DNA of 64,000 nt. It comes from Nemertoderma westbladi. Its lineage: Eukaryota > Animalia > Xenacoelomorpha. The stretch is from contig JAUCBJ010004415.1 of assembly GCA_032718475.1 (NCBI GenBank), positions 39,761 to 103,760 on the forward strand, given 5' to 3'. The notes under the pieces are model-generated. The model was not told where the DNA came from, did not search any database, and saw nothing but the letters and a program-made list of their open reading frames with translations. Positions 63,069-64,000 of the stretch are shown here, one piece after another (the stretch's first letter is position 1; every line of letters starts with the position of its first letter). A program made the translations under genes and the position numbers.

Positions 63069-64000
63069 TTAACCTCAATCGGCTCTGCTATGGACCTTAT
63101 AGTTGAGTTGAGAAACCCCAAGTCTATATCTATTATAGTTTTCCTACAAATAGAGTTATAAATATTGACTTTAAATACATAGACTTTTTTCTATGTGATA
63201 ATTGAAAGTACCGACATACTGACTAATGGGGCTTGGTGGTATATACAGTACAGGCCACCAGAAAACGCAGATTTGTACAATTGTGAACACATTTTATCAA
63301 ATGTGTACCAGTGTAATGTAATGTTGTTGAACGGGACAATTGAACATAATTGAACATAATTGAATTGGCAACAACCAAAATTTTTTCGCCAAAGGATACA
63401 ATTGAATACTTTTGAAACGCTTAGTAATCTGGAAACTCTCTGTAGTTTGCCGCTAACTGTCACTCACTGCAGCTGGAAATGCGATAAGGATATTGTTTAC
63501 CTTTATATTGTGCGGTTAATAGTGTCTAGTAGGCAGGTCTATGGTTAGTGATGTTAAGGCATCTTCTGGTGTTTCTCTGTGCCCTCTCGGTGTCAGACTA
63601 ATGGCGCGACATCTCCCTGCACTAAATTAATTATTCAATGGTCTAGGCTCCTCCATCCACATACCCATCCACTCCCATGCACTCCATGAACCTCCATGTG
63701 GTCTTGTATGTAGTTCTCTCTCTACCAATACAGCCCATGTCCGCAATGTTACGCCCTGGGGGCTCTCTGATCTACCTGATATCAGACATACAGGCGCACC
63801 GCACACAAAGCCTTTGTCGGTCCCAGCAAGTTAGCCTCCTGCTGTGGGCTCTAGAAGATAACTCGCCATAACCTGCCAATCCGATGACTTGAACAAATGT
63901 GTTCACATGTGATCACATTGGATGAAATCTGCTTTTTCTGGTGGCCTGTACTGTAAATATAATAAATGGGTAAACACTACACTACTACACCTACACCACA

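Overview
AT-rich, transposon-dense animal nuclear DNA. BEL/Pao elements, piggyBac/Kolobok/Merlin-type MITEs, LINEs and one BTB-Kelch gene point to an invertebrate. The centrepiece is a young, full-length BEL/Pao LTR retrotransposon on the minus strand (4797-22035). It has 1267-bp TG...CA LTRs differing at about 4 positions and a GAAGG target-site duplication, and it is nested in the gag of an older plus-strand BEL element. Its reverse transcriptase is interrupted by a 1261-nt, TSD-less insertion (12228-13488) that reads, on the element's sense strand, as a complete group I self-splicing intron of ID-like type. The evidence is an exon U and omega-G at the junctions, a 10-bp P1 with the U.G pair at the 5' splice site, fully pairing P3/P4/P7/P8, and ID-type P/Q/R/S motifs. 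No homing endonuclease ORF is present. Removing the insert restores ...EYW-M-TIQAFG..., the sequence of an intron-less older relative in the same window. Unspliced RNA stops 8 codons into the intron, so self-splicing would gate Pol expression. The element also carries a zinc-knuckle accessory ORF and lacks a tRNA-type PBS. The rest of the window is degenerate BEL copies, Merlin and Kolobok-like transposases, several MITEs with clear TSDs, two near-identical CR1/L2-group LINE copies, RTE-like fragments and an intronless Kelch-like gene. All calls are by eye; no searches or folding programs were run.
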